From the NCBI GenBank assembly GCA_964016885.1, contig OZ024742.1:232438001-232502000 (forward strand): a stretch of DNA of 64,000 nt, given 5' to 3'. The position numbers and the translations under genes are program-made. The notes under the pieces were generated by a model, which saw only the letters and a program-made list of their open reading frames with translations, did no database searches and was not told the origin of the DNA. The stretch is from Eledone cirrhosa (Eukaryota). Below are positions 1 to 12,826 of this stretch, one piece after another (position 1 is the stretch's first letter; the number at the start of each line of letters is the position of its first letter).

Positions 1-390
1 TTCTCTCCATTCGAACCCATTCATTCAATCACTTCTATGTCCTAATTTCACACTATATCATATTTTCACCATTCTATATCATATCTTTTCTCTAAAAATC
101 ATATTTCCCCTATCACCGCATTTTCTCTACCGTATTTTCTTAAACAAAACAAATCTTGTATTTTCGTTTATTGTTAAATTATGCCCAATTTTTTCTCGAT
201 TCTTCTCTCCATTCGAACCCATTCATTCAATCACTTCTATGTCCTAAATTCACACTATATCATATTTTCACCATTCTATATCATATCTTTTCTCTAAAAA
301 TCATATTTTCCCTATCACCGCATTTTCTCTATCGTAATTTCTTAAACAAAACAAATCTTGTATTTTCGTTTATTGTTAAATCATGCCCAA
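1..390. repeat. ~202-bp tandem duplication (about 1.9 copies visible, may extend left of the window)
   Basis: TTCTCTCCATTCGAACCCATTCATTCAATC starts at 1 and again at 203; the copies stay near-identical to about 390. Confidence 0.9.
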
Positions 391-489
391 AATACGGCGA
401 TCTTATCTTAAACCTTACATTCTCGCTAACAACCCATCATCCCCCCCCCCCCCCCCACCACGCACCACCATCCCCCCCCCACGCACCAC

Positions 490-3400
490 CATTATTACGT
501 GGACCAATCATAAGTCAGAGGCCCATACTATCGCTTAACTGGTTGCTTTTCGATATGATGGATGGACTACGGAATTCTGGAGAGTTGAAGAGAGAAAAAT
601 GTGGACGCTCAGCGACAATGCCAAAGATAAAGCCAAATTCACCTCGTGGACGAGAATGCAAGCACTCCTCCTTGTTTCGGCCCAGGATGGCTAACATAAC
701 CCCATCCCCCCCCCCCCCCCCCGCGCCCCACCGCTCCCACCCTCCAAACGCAATCCAAAACTTCAGAGTTGGTACCATGAATGTAGGCACCTTAAAGGGT
801 CGCTCTAACGAGGTTGTAGAAATGCTTGAACGTAAGGAGGTCGATGTTTGTTGTATTCAAGAGACCAGGTGGAGGGGAGGGTCGGCTAGATTCATCGTGG
901 GTAAAGAGCGATGCTATAAGCTTTTCTGGGTGGGAAATGACAATGGGTTGGGTGGGGTAGGAATCATGGTAGCAGAAAAGTGGGCAGATAAGATAATAGA
1001 CGTAAATAGAGTGAACGACAGAATAATTAAAATAAGACTTGTCCTCAATAAAACTACGGTGACAGTAATATCTGCGTACGCACCCCAATCCGGACTGCCC
1101 CGCGCTATAAAAGACAGATTCTACGAGACACTGATGCTCGCTACCTCCCAAACAGTGACTATATAGTTATTGCCGGCGACCTAAATGGTCACGTTGGACA
1201 ACATTGTGACGGCTATGACGGAATCCATGGAGGCTATGGGTTCGGTACTAGAAATGAGGAAGGCTCCAGAATCCTGGAATTCTGCGACGCAAATAACTTA
1301 ACTATCTGTAACACTAACTTCAAAAAACGAGACAATCACTTGATCACCTATAGATCGGGGGAACACACAAGCCAGGTAGATTATATCCTTACCAGAAGAC
1401 GTGACAGAGTGTCTGTTGTTAACACTAAATCCCACCCCCATGAAGAATTCACCTCCCAACATAGACTGATAATTAGCGACCTCATAGTCAGGACGAGACG
1501 TACTAGACAGCGGAAGAGGACTAACCTCAGGAGAAAAATATGGAAGCTAAAGGACCCCATAGCCAGAAATAAATTTCAAAGCAAATTACTTGACGCTTTC
1601 GACAGTAAGGAAGAGCAATTAGAGTCGTATAATATAGAGGAACAGTGGGAATTCCTGAGAGCAAACCTGCTGACGGCGGCAGAAGAAGTCTGTGGCTGGA
1701 GCAGGCCTGTAGGTAGGAGGAGAGTAACATGGTGGTGGAACAGTAAGGTGGAGGAGTCAATTCAGGCCAAAAAGCAGGCTTGGAAAGTATGGCGGGATGG
1801 GGGAAGTAGAGAAGACTATCAAGTGGCCAGGAGGGAAGCTAGGAGACAAGTGTACTTCGCAAGAAGGGAAGCAGAGGAAAGAAAGTTCAAGCATGTTCTA
1901 CAACGTGAGGACCAAAAACGTGAGGTGTTCAGGATTGCCAGGCAATGTGTCAAGGAAAACCGTGATATTGTCGGGGAGAAGTGTGTACTTAACGATGATG
2001 GCATACTTGCCATCACCGACGCTGATAAGAAGGTAGCTTGGAAGTGTCACTACGAAAGGCTTCTAAATGAGGAGAACAAATGGGAGAAAGACAGTCTCCC
2101 CCAGATCGATCCAATAGAGGGACCAGCAGTGTTAGTTGAAGGTAGTATAATAAGTAAGGCAATCAAAGATATGAAGACGGGTAAGGCGGCTGGGCCTTCG
2201 GAAATAGTTGCTGAGATGCTGAAGGCATCTGGTTCGGTGGGACACACCATGGTCACCCGGATAGTTAACCAAGTCGTACAGAATGGGGTTGTTCCGAAGG
2301 AATGGCGTAGCAGCATCATCGTTAACTGCTATAAGGGAAAAGGAGATGCCCTAGATAGGAGTAACTATAGAGGCATTAAATTAATCGACCAGGTCATGAA
2401 GGTCACGGAAAAAGTAATAGCGCAACTAATCAGAGAGAGAATTGATCTAGATGAAATGCAGTTCGGGTTTGTGTCAGGCAAAAGTACCACAGACGCTCTT
2501 TTCATTGTACGACAACTACAGGAGAAGTACCTAGCTAAAAGTAAACCCCTATACTTAGCTTTTGTCGACTTGGAGAAAGCCTTCGACAGAGTCCCCCGTT
2601 CCATTATCTGGTGGTCTCTTAGAAAACTAGGTGTTGACGAATGGCTTGTGAGAGCTATACAAGCCATGTATAAAGAAACAGTCAGTAAGGTTAGAATTAA
2701 CAACGAATATAGTGAAGAGTTTAGCGTAAAAGTTGGTGTCCATCAGGGCTCTGTACTTAGCCCCCTACTATTTATTATTGCCCTTCAGGCTATAACAGAG
2801 GAGTTCAAGACCAGCTGCCCATGGGAACTCCTATACGCAGATGATCTAACGCTCATAGCTGAATCAATGACCGAACTAGAGAAGAAATTCCAAACGTGGA
2901 AGCACGGCCTAGAATCAAAAGGCCTTAAAATTAACCTGGCTAAGACTAAAGTTCTAGTTTGTAGGAAAGAAAATAAGGCGGCGGTCCCATCGGGGAAATG
3001 GCCATGCTCAGTGTGTAGGAAAGGCGTAGGTAGAAACTCCATTTTATGTCCCAAATGCAAAGTATGGGTGCATAAAAGATGTAGTGGGATCACAGGTAAG
3101 CTAACTAAGAACATAGATTTTACATGTGGCCGGTGCTCTGGTGCAATAAGTAGCAGCAAGTGCCCACAAAATACTAGCTCCTTCAACTGCGCAGAGGGTT
3201 CTATAGAAATAGTGGACAGCTTCCGTTATCTGGGTGACAAAATCAGCAGTGGGGGAGGGTGCTCTGAAAGTACAGTAGCTAGAGTCAGAACTGGATGGAA
3301 AAAGTTCAGAGAGCTTATACCACTATTAGCCGCTAGAGGGTTCTCCCTAAAAATGAAAGGCAGGTTATACGATGCCTGCATACGAACAGCAATGCTGCAT

Positions 3401-4300
3401 GGCAGTGAGACCTGGGCATTGTGTGCAGAGGATATACGCAGACTAGAGAGGAACGAAGCTTGCATGCACCGCTGGATGTGCAATAGTAATATACGTGAAC
3501 GGCAAAGCATAAACGAACTAAGAAAAAATTAGAAATAAGAGGGATCAGATGTTGTTTACTCGAGAGAAGGCTATGTTGGTACGGTCACGTGATGCGCATG
3601 AAAGACGACAGCTGTATAACAAAGTGCAGGGCAATAAAGATAGACGGTAGTCACGGAGTAGGCAGACCCAGAAAAACATGGGACGAGCTGATAAATTCCG
3701 ACCTCACACGCTTACACCTCTCCAAGACAATGTCACTGGACCGAGACCTTTGGCGGTACTCAGTAATAGAGAAGACCCGCCTTACCTAAATACAAAGTAA
3801 AAACCTACTACAGTCAGTAGGCACCTCTATCAAAACACACCCCCGTCCCACCACCTCCACCCCACCCACACCGCCCCTTTCAATGTAAAGTTATGTTGGT
3901 CCCACAACATCCAGGCCGAAACAAATGAGATCGTGTAGGTGTCACGACAAAAAACACACAGTCCACGCTGTAAATGTGGCCGTGTAGGCAACACGGTAAA
4001 AACCTCCCAGCCCCACACTGTAAATGTGGTTGGTGTTAGGAAGGGCATCCAGCTGTAGAAAACCCGCCAGACAGTCCACGCTGTAATGTGGCCGTGTAGG
4101 CAACACGGTAAAAACCTCCCAGCCCCACACTGTAAATGTGGTTGGTGTTAGGAAGGGCATCCAACTGTAGAAAACCCGCCAGACAGTCCTATGCGAGCAA
4201 GACAACCACTCTTGCCTCAAGTGGGAAAACCCCTGTCCAAACCCATGCAAGCGTGGAACACGGACGCTAAACCTGATGATGATGATGATGATGATGATGA
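490..4300 (+). mobile_element. Near full-length RTE-clade non-LTR retrotransposon (APE endonuclease + RT), two frameshifts
   Basis: APE motifs GTMNVGTL, DVCCIQETRW, SAYAPQ, IAGDLNGH, SQVDYIL; RT motifs FVDLEKAFDRV, GVHQGSVLSPLLF, LLYADD, FRYLG. Stop at 3789, 3' UTR with a ~113-bp internal duplication (3958-4190), (GAT)n tail at ~4274-4300 followed by (TA)n. The 5' boundary is approximate. Confidence 0.95.
687..3789 (+). pseudogene. RTE EN-RT polyprotein, disrupted near 1150 (short deletion) and near 3525 (A-run one base short)
   Basis: ORFs 156..1166, 1340..3532 and 3589..3789 are co-linear with the uninterrupted ORF at 42048-45056. ATG 687 (MANITPSPPP...) is the probable start. Confidence 0.85.
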
Positions 4301-4659
4301 TATATATACTTCATAAATACTATCACATACATATATATATATATATATGATAGTATTTATGAAGCATTGGGCAAATTATGAATTTTTAATGTATGTTAGA
4401 TTAAAGTTATCTGACTATGAAAAATAGTCAAACAAGTTAATATACGAGCCCCTAGAGATGAAAAAATGTGGACAGCATCGCTTGAGGAATGCAAACTCAC
4501 ACCTGCCATATGTTGAATGGCTGTACTCCTGATGATACTTCAGCAGGCTGACAAATTTTTCTGTGATTTTAAGTCTTATCTAGATCAGTAAATGTAAATA
4601 AACAAATATTTATGAAGCATTGAGTAAATTATGAATTTTGAATGTATGTTTATTTTCAG

Positions 4660-4786
4660 AGAGACATTGATAAAAAATTGCTGGAAAGAGAATGAGAGAG
4701 AGCGAACACCATCTGATTTGATGCATGAAAAGCTGTTGGAAATGGCGAGTGAAGGGGAGGTCGGTGAAATGGAGATAATGCTCTAA
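4660..4786 (+). CDS. Possible terminal coding exon of an upstream protein-kinase-domain gene (subdomain XI-like)
   Basis: Acceptor TTATTTTCAG at 4650-4659, phase-2 start, then ETLIKNCWKENERERTPSDLMHEKLLEMASEGEVGEMEIML*. The L-x-x-CW-x5-ER pattern resembles kinase subdomain XI; AT-rich sequence with AATAAA (~4996) follows. Confidence 0.45.
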
Positions 4787-5063
4787 AATAATTCCTTATT
4801 TGTTGTAGTTAAAGAAATTTATGCACTTATACTCATGCCATGATAATTTAGTTTCCTTTCTATCTATTAGAGGTTATTTTCATAAAACAAAAGAATGATA
4901 GTTTCTTTAGAATTTCCGTTTCTGTTTTAAAACAAACAATTTTGTTTTGCCTGCCATCTACCACAATCTCATGTAAAAAAAAAAAGAAAAATTAAATAAA
5001 TAATATATTTATATTTGTCAATTTTTTCCCCATTCTCCCTGCATGTTTCACCTCCCTTATATA

Positions 5064-5250
5064 AATAATTGTTTCTACTTTTGGCACAAGAATAGCAATT
5101 ATTCCAGTGCATTACTGGTACTTTATTTTATTAACCCCGTAAGGATGAAAGGCAAAGTTAACCGAGGCGGGATTTTAATTCAGACCGCAAAGGGACGTAG
5201 CTCTATGTTGTAAAACTTGGCGTCGACCCTCCACTGATACTGCCAATCCA
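5064..5250 (-). mobile_element. tRNA-derived SINE (family A)
   Basis: Reverse complement of the 30308-30501 copy. Confidence 0.85.
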
Positions 5251-5452
5251 AAATAAGGTTCAATCAACTTTCTGAAACAATCATAAAAGAATGAACTGAT
5301 CAAGCACTAAGCTTCACTTATTGTTTTCATTGTTCAACAATATATATATACATATATACAAATTTAATATATCAAAAATGTTATGTATGATAAATGTGCT
5401 TTTCAGTAGAAAACTCAATGGACATTTGTCCTCCAGAGCATATATATATATA

Positions 5453-5967
5453 CGGAGTAGGCAGACCGAGAAAAACCTTGGACGTCTTGATAAAATCCGA
5501 CCTCACACACTTACACCTCTCCAAGACAATGTCACTGGACCGAGATCTTTGGCGCTACGTAGTAATACAGAAGACCCGCCTTGCCTAAGTACAAAGCGAA
5601 ACCTACAGTCAGTAAGCACCTCTTAACCAAAATACACCCCCGTCCCACTAACCCTACCCCACCGCCATCTACACCACCCCTTTCGATGTAAAGCTATGTT
5701 GGTACTACAACATCCAGTCCTAAATAAATGAGGTCGTGTAGGTGTCACGACAAAAAAAACACACAGTCCACGCTGTAATGTGGCTGTGTAGGTAACACGG
5801 TAAAAACCTCGCAGTCCACACTGTAAACATGGTTGGTGTTAGGAAGGGCATCCAGCCGTAGAAAACCTGCCAGACACTCCTGAGCAAGACAACCAATCTT
5901 GCCTCAAGTGGGACAATTCCCGTCCAGACCCATGCTACCGTGGAAAATGGACGTTAAGCGATGATGA

Positions 5968-5970
<3 letters not shown>
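5453..5970 (+). mobile_element. 5'-truncated copy of the RTE at 490-4300 (last codons + 3' UTR + GAT tail)
   Basis: GVGRPRKTLDVLIKSDLTHLHLSKTMSLDRDLWRY matches the C-terminus of ORF 3589..3789; flanked by (TA)n on both sides. Confidence 0.92.
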
Positions 5971-6008
<38 letters not shown>

Positions 6009-6447
6009 AAAAGAGATGCTGTGCTGAATAGGACCTGTCCAACCCTTGCAAGCAGGGAAAAGTGGACGTAAAATGATGATGATGATGATGATATATGTAA
6101 AATATAAATATATATATGCATATATATATTTAATATTGAATAAACCAAATTTTTAAATCAAATCCATCTTTTATCTCAATTGTTTCTATAAAGATGAGAG
6201 ATGTGTATATAAAAACTTTGGTTTATTCAATATTAAATATTTATACTCTGCTGATTTCACTGGCTTTAACTACAGGTACCTTAACCTTCGAAGCACACTT
6301 TCAATTGAACTTCAATTCCTACTTACTCTCGAACTCAGGTGCGCATTGAGCTTTTCACACCTTAGTAAAAATAATAGAGGACTCCTCCACTATAATTACT
6401 CACACACACACATATATATATATAAGCTATCATCAATTTATGTAATA

Positions 6448-6640
6448 ATAATTGTTTCTACTTTTGGCACAAGGCCAGCAATTACCCAGTGCATTACTGG
6501 TACTTTATTTTATCGACCCCGTAAGGATGAAAGGCAAAGTCAACCTCGGCGGGATTTGAACTCAGAATGGCAAGGACCGTAACTCTATGCGTCAAAGCAT
6601 GGCGTCCGACCCTCTACCGATACTGCCAATCCACCGCCTT
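6448..6640 (-). mobile_element. tRNA-derived SINE (family A)
   Basis: Reverse complement has A box TGGCAGTATCGG, B box GAGTTCAAATCC, the TTTGCCTTTCATCCTTACGGGGTCGATAAAATAAAGTACCAG core and a TAGAAACAATTATTA tail. Confidence 0.9.
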
Positions 6641-7929
6641 TATTTTATAGCGGGAATTTATGTAATAATAATTGTAATAATAATGACATCTTATATGATT
6701 TAATCTATTACATATGTGAATGTATACAATTACATGCATATATATATTTGACATTACTTATGTTAAATGGCTATATATTTAATTACTAAAATGAAAGTCA
6801 TTGTTCATTGTTTAAACAGAATGTAAGACAATGTGCCTCAGTAATCTCTATTCATAATTACATATAGATACTAGTTTTATTTTATAAAGATTCGTGTTGG
6901 GCATAGAAAGGTTTCCAACTATTAAATATATTTGCCTTATCAATTCATAATTAATTCTTTTGATTTGTAGAATCATCTCACTTATTGAAGCTCAAAAAGC
7001 AAAAATAATTTTTTAAAAATAAATATTGTAAATATTAAAATAGTAATAGTTCTCTAATAAACATAAATAAATCTTTTTATTATATTCTTCACATCCTTTT
7101 GTTTTAAAAATATCATACTGGAATGATATGATATTTACATTAGTCTATCTATACTATTATATATACTATTATATTTTTGTGGTAAAAGCTTTATCTCACA
7201 TAATATCAAATCTATGAGATTTTGACATTACTTATTTTGAGAAAAATATATTAACATCAGTATGAGTGGCCAGTCACAGCTGGTTTGAACAGAAGGGGGT
7301 GAGAGAATTTTGGCCGGATATGGCCTGTTTAAATGCTAAAGGGTTAAAGAAACAATTTTGTCCTGTTGCATGTATTCTCATCTTAGTGTTGGCATGTTTA
7401 GGTAGAAGTTTATTGCACCATATTATCACTTTGTTAGGTGTTTTGTGCATGCAAAATATTTCATTTTATGTTACAATATTTTAAATTCATTTTTCATATG
7501 CTTGTATTTCTATAAATAAATTTACATCATTTTAACTATTAATATGAATACATTGTTTATGAAATATTAATTTTCTTTAAATTGTAAAATATATCATAAT
7601 ACTTCAATTAACATGTTAACTTTCAGAGAATGGTAACTTATAAATTTGCTTTGATTATTCATAATACTGTATTTTAGTTAATTGTTTCTTTAAGCATAGT
7701 ATCATCAGTTTTTCAAAACTGATCAATGATCAATTGCTTTTGGTATGAAATCTAACTCTTTTGACCTTCAGTTATATATTATAAACTTGAAATGTATTTA
7801 GATTTATTATAATACACTTTAACCACTTTGTTATCAACTCACTTGAAACCGACTCTAGTTTTATGGTATAGTACAGTCTGTCGTAATGTGTTCCTGTTTA
7901 AATTAAAACCTTCCATTATAATTTTATAA

Positions 7930-8125
7930 AAGAAATGTAAATCTGAGTTTTTTGAATATTAATAATAATATTTGATTTGTTTGCAATTATGCAAACAGCC
8001 TCTTAAGCCATGTGAGTAGAATAACCTTATCATTCTACTCACATGGCTTAAGAGGCTGTTTGCATAATTGTAAACTAATTGAATATTATTATTAATATTT
8101 GAAAAACTCATTTTACATATCTTAT
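7930..8125. repeat. Long palindrome (~90-bp arms) inside a TTAA-type MITE (~7819-8312)
   Basis: CAATTATGCAAACAGCCTCTTAAGCCATGTGAGTAGAAT / ATTCTACTCACATGGCTTAAGAGGCTGTTTGCATAATTG with a 9-nt loop; imperfect pairing continues outward. Confidence 0.9.
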
Positions 8126-9370
8126 ATTGAGCCATGTAAAGCGATAAAACTATTTGTTAGTTATTTATAAAAGAACTTTTTGTTATATTCCAAACATCAC
8201 CTTAATGTAAAAGTTAAGCTACATTACTAAATTACTCCAAATTCTTATTTTCTTAATTTATTAAAACATGTGGTAGTTTATTTCATTAGAAACATGGTGA
8301 CAAAAGGGTTAAACATATTATTCTTTCTATCTTAGAGAAAATTTAAGTTTTTCTCCTTAAACAGCTTATTTACTAACATTTATACTGATGCATTAATTTC
8401 ATTTCAGATGTATATTGCACCAACCAAAGAACCAAGAAAACGCAATTAAAACATCTCTTGGGCATGTTAATTTTCTGTGCTGTTACAGAATAACTATTTA
8501 GTTATCTGATGTTACTGGATTAATTTGAATGATTTGTTATTGATTTTGTTACCTCATTCAGTTACACTGGATTGAGAAGGAAGTTGAAGAAGCTGTCTTT
8601 GGTAGCAAGACTACAATGTTATGCTATTTTTGATCTGCTATGTATATATAAACATATACATATATATGTGTGTCTCTGTCTGTATATCTATATTCATATA
8701 TGTATAAACATTTGTATATATATATATGGATACCAGTTTAGAATAGTAAAGTTGTCCAACCAATGTGTTGCAATTGACAACTAAAAGGAAGATATCTCTC
8801 AGTCTATAACTGAAGACTTGATGTCAGGAAGAGTATCCGCTTGTAAAATTCCTCACCAGAAAAATTCAATTAAACGTGGTGAGAGTGAATAACATATAAG
8901 GTGAGAAAACTAAAACGAAGTGGGAGAAAATGTATTGATGTATGCATATGACGATAAAATATATATGCATATAAATTTGAATATATAAGTGTTATATATA
9001 TGTGCATATATAATACACACAAATATGTACAAATGTATATATGTATGCAGGACTTTCTGTAATATGTTTATATTACTCTGAAATAAACTTACAATTATTG
9101 CATTAGAGCAGTGTAATTTGTTGGACGTCTGATTGTCTTGGTGATTAAAATTACTGAAGAACATTTTGATGACAGCTTTACTGTACAAGGGCAGACATTT
9201 AATGTCTAATTTTTCCTAAATCTTGATGTTTATTTCAAAAATCAAATGTTTGTTTTTGGAAAACAATATTATATATATATATATTATATATATATATATA
9301 TTATATATATATATTATATATAAATATATTATATATATTATATATAAATATATTATATATATATATATTA

Positions 9371-9417
<47 letters not shown>

Positions 9418-12400
9418 CTCAAGATTGAATTATTCTTTCTCGGATATAATTTTTCACAAGTAAGTACATTTACAAAAATTAAACAGTTTTTTCCAATTGG
9501 AAAATCTTTGGAGAGATGAATTATTTAAATGCATCATATTTTTATTGATTTATTAGGTTTAATTCTTCAAAATGTATTTAAATTTCATTATTCATGATGA
9601 TTGAATTATATCTCAGTTAAATTTTATTTTTAAATTGAATGCATGTAATTAATTTTGATGAAATAGGAGTTTATTTTGTATATAGATAATATATAAACAA
9701 TTACTAACTGAACATGATAGCATGTGAGCTGATCTTTAGCAAAATATATAATTTTGATATATTTTAATAGTTGAATTTTTATCTTATTAAATGATTTTGT
9801 TATAATGTTAAAAGATATATATGAAAATATATTTATTTGTGGCACACAAATGATTTTATTTTTCAAGATTATTTCACTGTTGTCAAATCAAATGCAAGCA
9901 AAACAAAACTTCTATCTGATGTTTTTCAATGATGTCAGTTATGCAGTTTCAGTGAACTATTGAAACTGTAAATTACTTTTTACAATAGTTAATTGTCCTT
10001 CTCATTCATACTTGCTAAGCATGTAAAGTTGTCAAGATATCATTGAAACAGCATCTTTGTGCTTATGGCAGTTCTTATAGCAGTATTAATTAAAGCTTCT
10101 ACTAACCTAAATATATTCTGTTTGTCTACCATTAAATAGCTGTGAATGTATTAACTGTAGTTGTTGTATAAACCCAGGTCGGCCCTGATCAAACAGACCG
10201 ATGAACAAAGATATTCCAACAGTGAACATGCTGTCTATATTCAGGCATAATGTCCAATGTGTCCTTCAATGTTTTTAAAGATGAAAAAGCATGATTTGAA
10301 GGGTCTTTGGCTACTGCTCTAACAGGTTGAATGACTGCATAGTGACACCCTTGTTAGCTCAATTAACTGTAGTTGTTTAGACAGGTTCAGCCTGTATAGC
10401 TAAGGTTATGCTGGAATACTATCATGAGTATCAAGAAGCCTACACAAATTTGGTTAATAATGACTGTTTGATAAGGTATTACAAATGATGCCAGTTACAA
10501 CATAACAACAAATGTGTGTATATGTGTAAAAGAGATGGAGAGAAAGTGTATATATATATAGTTTAGATTGTAACGTCAAGTTACTGTTGGTTCACCAAAG
10601 TGAGCATTCGATACATAGTATCCAGTATGTACTTTGGAGTTGTACTAAGCAGAGTGTAATATTAATAGTAAGTATGGACAAGGTGTCAAATTTTCATTAA
10701 GTTTGTTCAAATCTGCTGAAGGTTCAATTGTTATCGATTGGGCCCGACTCTGGAATCAAAAGCTCATCAGACTTAATGAAAATTTGACACCTTGTCCATA
10801 CTCGTTACTTATATATATATATATATACAAAGCAAAATTTGCTGTTATAGCTGTATTGTAGGCATCATATTAACTATCAACCATTAACAATGTCTTCATG
10901 TTTCAACCAGAATTGTTGCCACTAAACTTCTGGTATAAATTATAGTAAGCTTAAACTGCCAAGTGTACATAAATGTTACTGATTTCTTGGATATAAATAC
11001 CAAATCAAAATTATAGTAGAAATATTAACTGCTGATTTAGAATGTGATATGGTGTTACAAACATATTTTGGTCATAATATAATTATCATAAATACTGAAC
11101 CTGTGCTATCAAAATGGATGGTTTTTCAATCATATTTGTTAGATGAATTCTCCATACAGTTATAAAATGTCAAGTTTACCTTCATTTTCATTTTGATGTG
11201 AATTATTCAATCTGCCTTTTCTTTCTGTATCTGTGGCTAAATTTTCAAAGTTAAGTAGAAACGGTGAAATGAATTGATTTAAATTATTTTTTTTACTCTA
11301 AGAATTATCTAAATGCAAATAAAAAATTTAAAAAATGTTATTTGCTAAAATTGGGAATTACTTCCCTTAGACACTAGCCCCATACCATATAAAATGATAA
11401 GGTGGAGCTTGTTGCTCAAGTGTTATTACATTTAATATACAAACCCGCAATCATAGCATTTCATTTATCTTAATAAAATGAATTATGCAACTAAATATCT
11501 ATTACTTGTTCAATTTCTAATATAAATTTATCGAGTAAATGTCGTCTTTTTAAAATTATGTTGTGATAGTAACAGGTGTTTTTGTTATACAGTTGTTATG
11601 CCTATTGGTATATGTTCCAATTACACAATATATTCTAAATTAACCTTCTGGACACTACAGACACATTATGTCGCCAATAGAGTAATCTCCCCTTAATACA
11701 TAATGCAGTGTCAAGGGAAGCAATTCATAAAAATTTCTAGCATGCTCAAGGTTAAAGCCATAATACTGTTGTCTTTAGAATTATGTGGCTAGCTATCAGA
11801 ATATTAACAACAAATACATTTTGTGAAACTTCATTTTTTTTATGATTCATTAAAATATATCAATCAGACTGCTAAGTTCAATTAATCATCCCTAAAAAAT
11901 ACCATTTCTACATTGTGTTTATAGCTTAATGACATGAACTAGTGCCATACTAAATCTTATTGATATATATTAATTAAATATATATCATATTTAAAAAATA
12001 TATTAGAGTATTTTCTTATATAAATTCCATATATTGTAATGATATGAAAGAAATATTGAAATTCAATTAAATAGTAATTATGAAATTTTTATGAGTTTTA
12101 AAATAAAATAAAAAAGTACTAAAATATTTTCCCATGCCCTAAACTTTTATTTGACATAACATTGTATATAGAAATGTAATTATTCAAATAATAAGAAACA
12201 ATAATCTACATGTTAATAAAAATATACTAATTTACGACTAGTATATCGTTTTTTAAAAAATATCTAACGATTTTCATTTCGTTTCCTTGTTAATTTTATG
12301 TACACCCTTTTCTCAGTGTTTGTTACAAATATAAGCTAATTAAAACTTTAAAAAATGGTTATTGATGAAAATATTATAAAAAGATAATTAACTTTGTGTA

Positions 12401-12482
12401 TGAGTGCTATTATCCATTTAACATGCATTAAGTTAAATTCATTTCTTTCTATTATTATTTTCTTATAATAATGTATATGATT

Positions 12483-12710
12483 AACCCATCTGATACCAAC
12501 ATGACCAAAACTAACTCTGGTTCAAAGAAATAAAACCACCAATTTTAAAGAGTTCCTATTTAAATTAAAATCTCCCAACATAATTTTATATAAGAACCCT
12601 TTGATACCAACATGATTGAAACTGGCTCTGGTTCTATGAAATAAACCCACCAATTTTAAATGGTCCCTATTTAAATTAAAATCTCCCAACATAATTTTAT
12701 ATAAAAACCA
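12483..12710. repeat. ~113-bp tandem duplication of the end of a TTAA-type MITE
   Basis: TGATACCAACATGA...CCTATTTAAATTAAAATCTCCCAACATAATTTTATATAA occurs twice; related sequence at ~16213-16425 and, inverted, ~62450-62610. Confidence 0.8.
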
Positions 12711-12826
12711 CGTTAGTAATGAAATAATTAATAATTTTAGTAAATCCCTCACAATATTTAATTAATTAATTGAAATAGTGTATTTTATTTAAAATATGGT
12801 CTGTAGTATATTCTATTTATTTAAAC

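Noticed and set aside
156-686. N-terminal part of the 336-aa ORF as an ORF1 or host protein
   Set aside because: It is read-through of the 202-bp repeat and poly-C tracts from a non-ATG start, with no recognisable domain.
570-700. Possible HDV-like ribozyme at the RTE 5' end (TTC-ACCTCGT-GGA, GGCTAA)
   Set aside because: HDV-like ribozymes are known at RTE 5' ends, but P1, P1.1, P2 and J4/2 could be fitted only with several mismatches; it needs a descriptor search on the family consensus.
4400-4520. Kinase-like words LKLSDY and KMWTAS upstream of the candidate exon
   Set aside because: They are in different frames with an in-frame stop and are too short to support an exon.
9216-9519. YI-, CV- and SL-rich ORFs here and at ~18.1, 22.6, 38-40 and 55.3 kb
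   Set aside because: Translations of (TA)n, (TG)n and (CT)n microsatellites or the MITE satellite.
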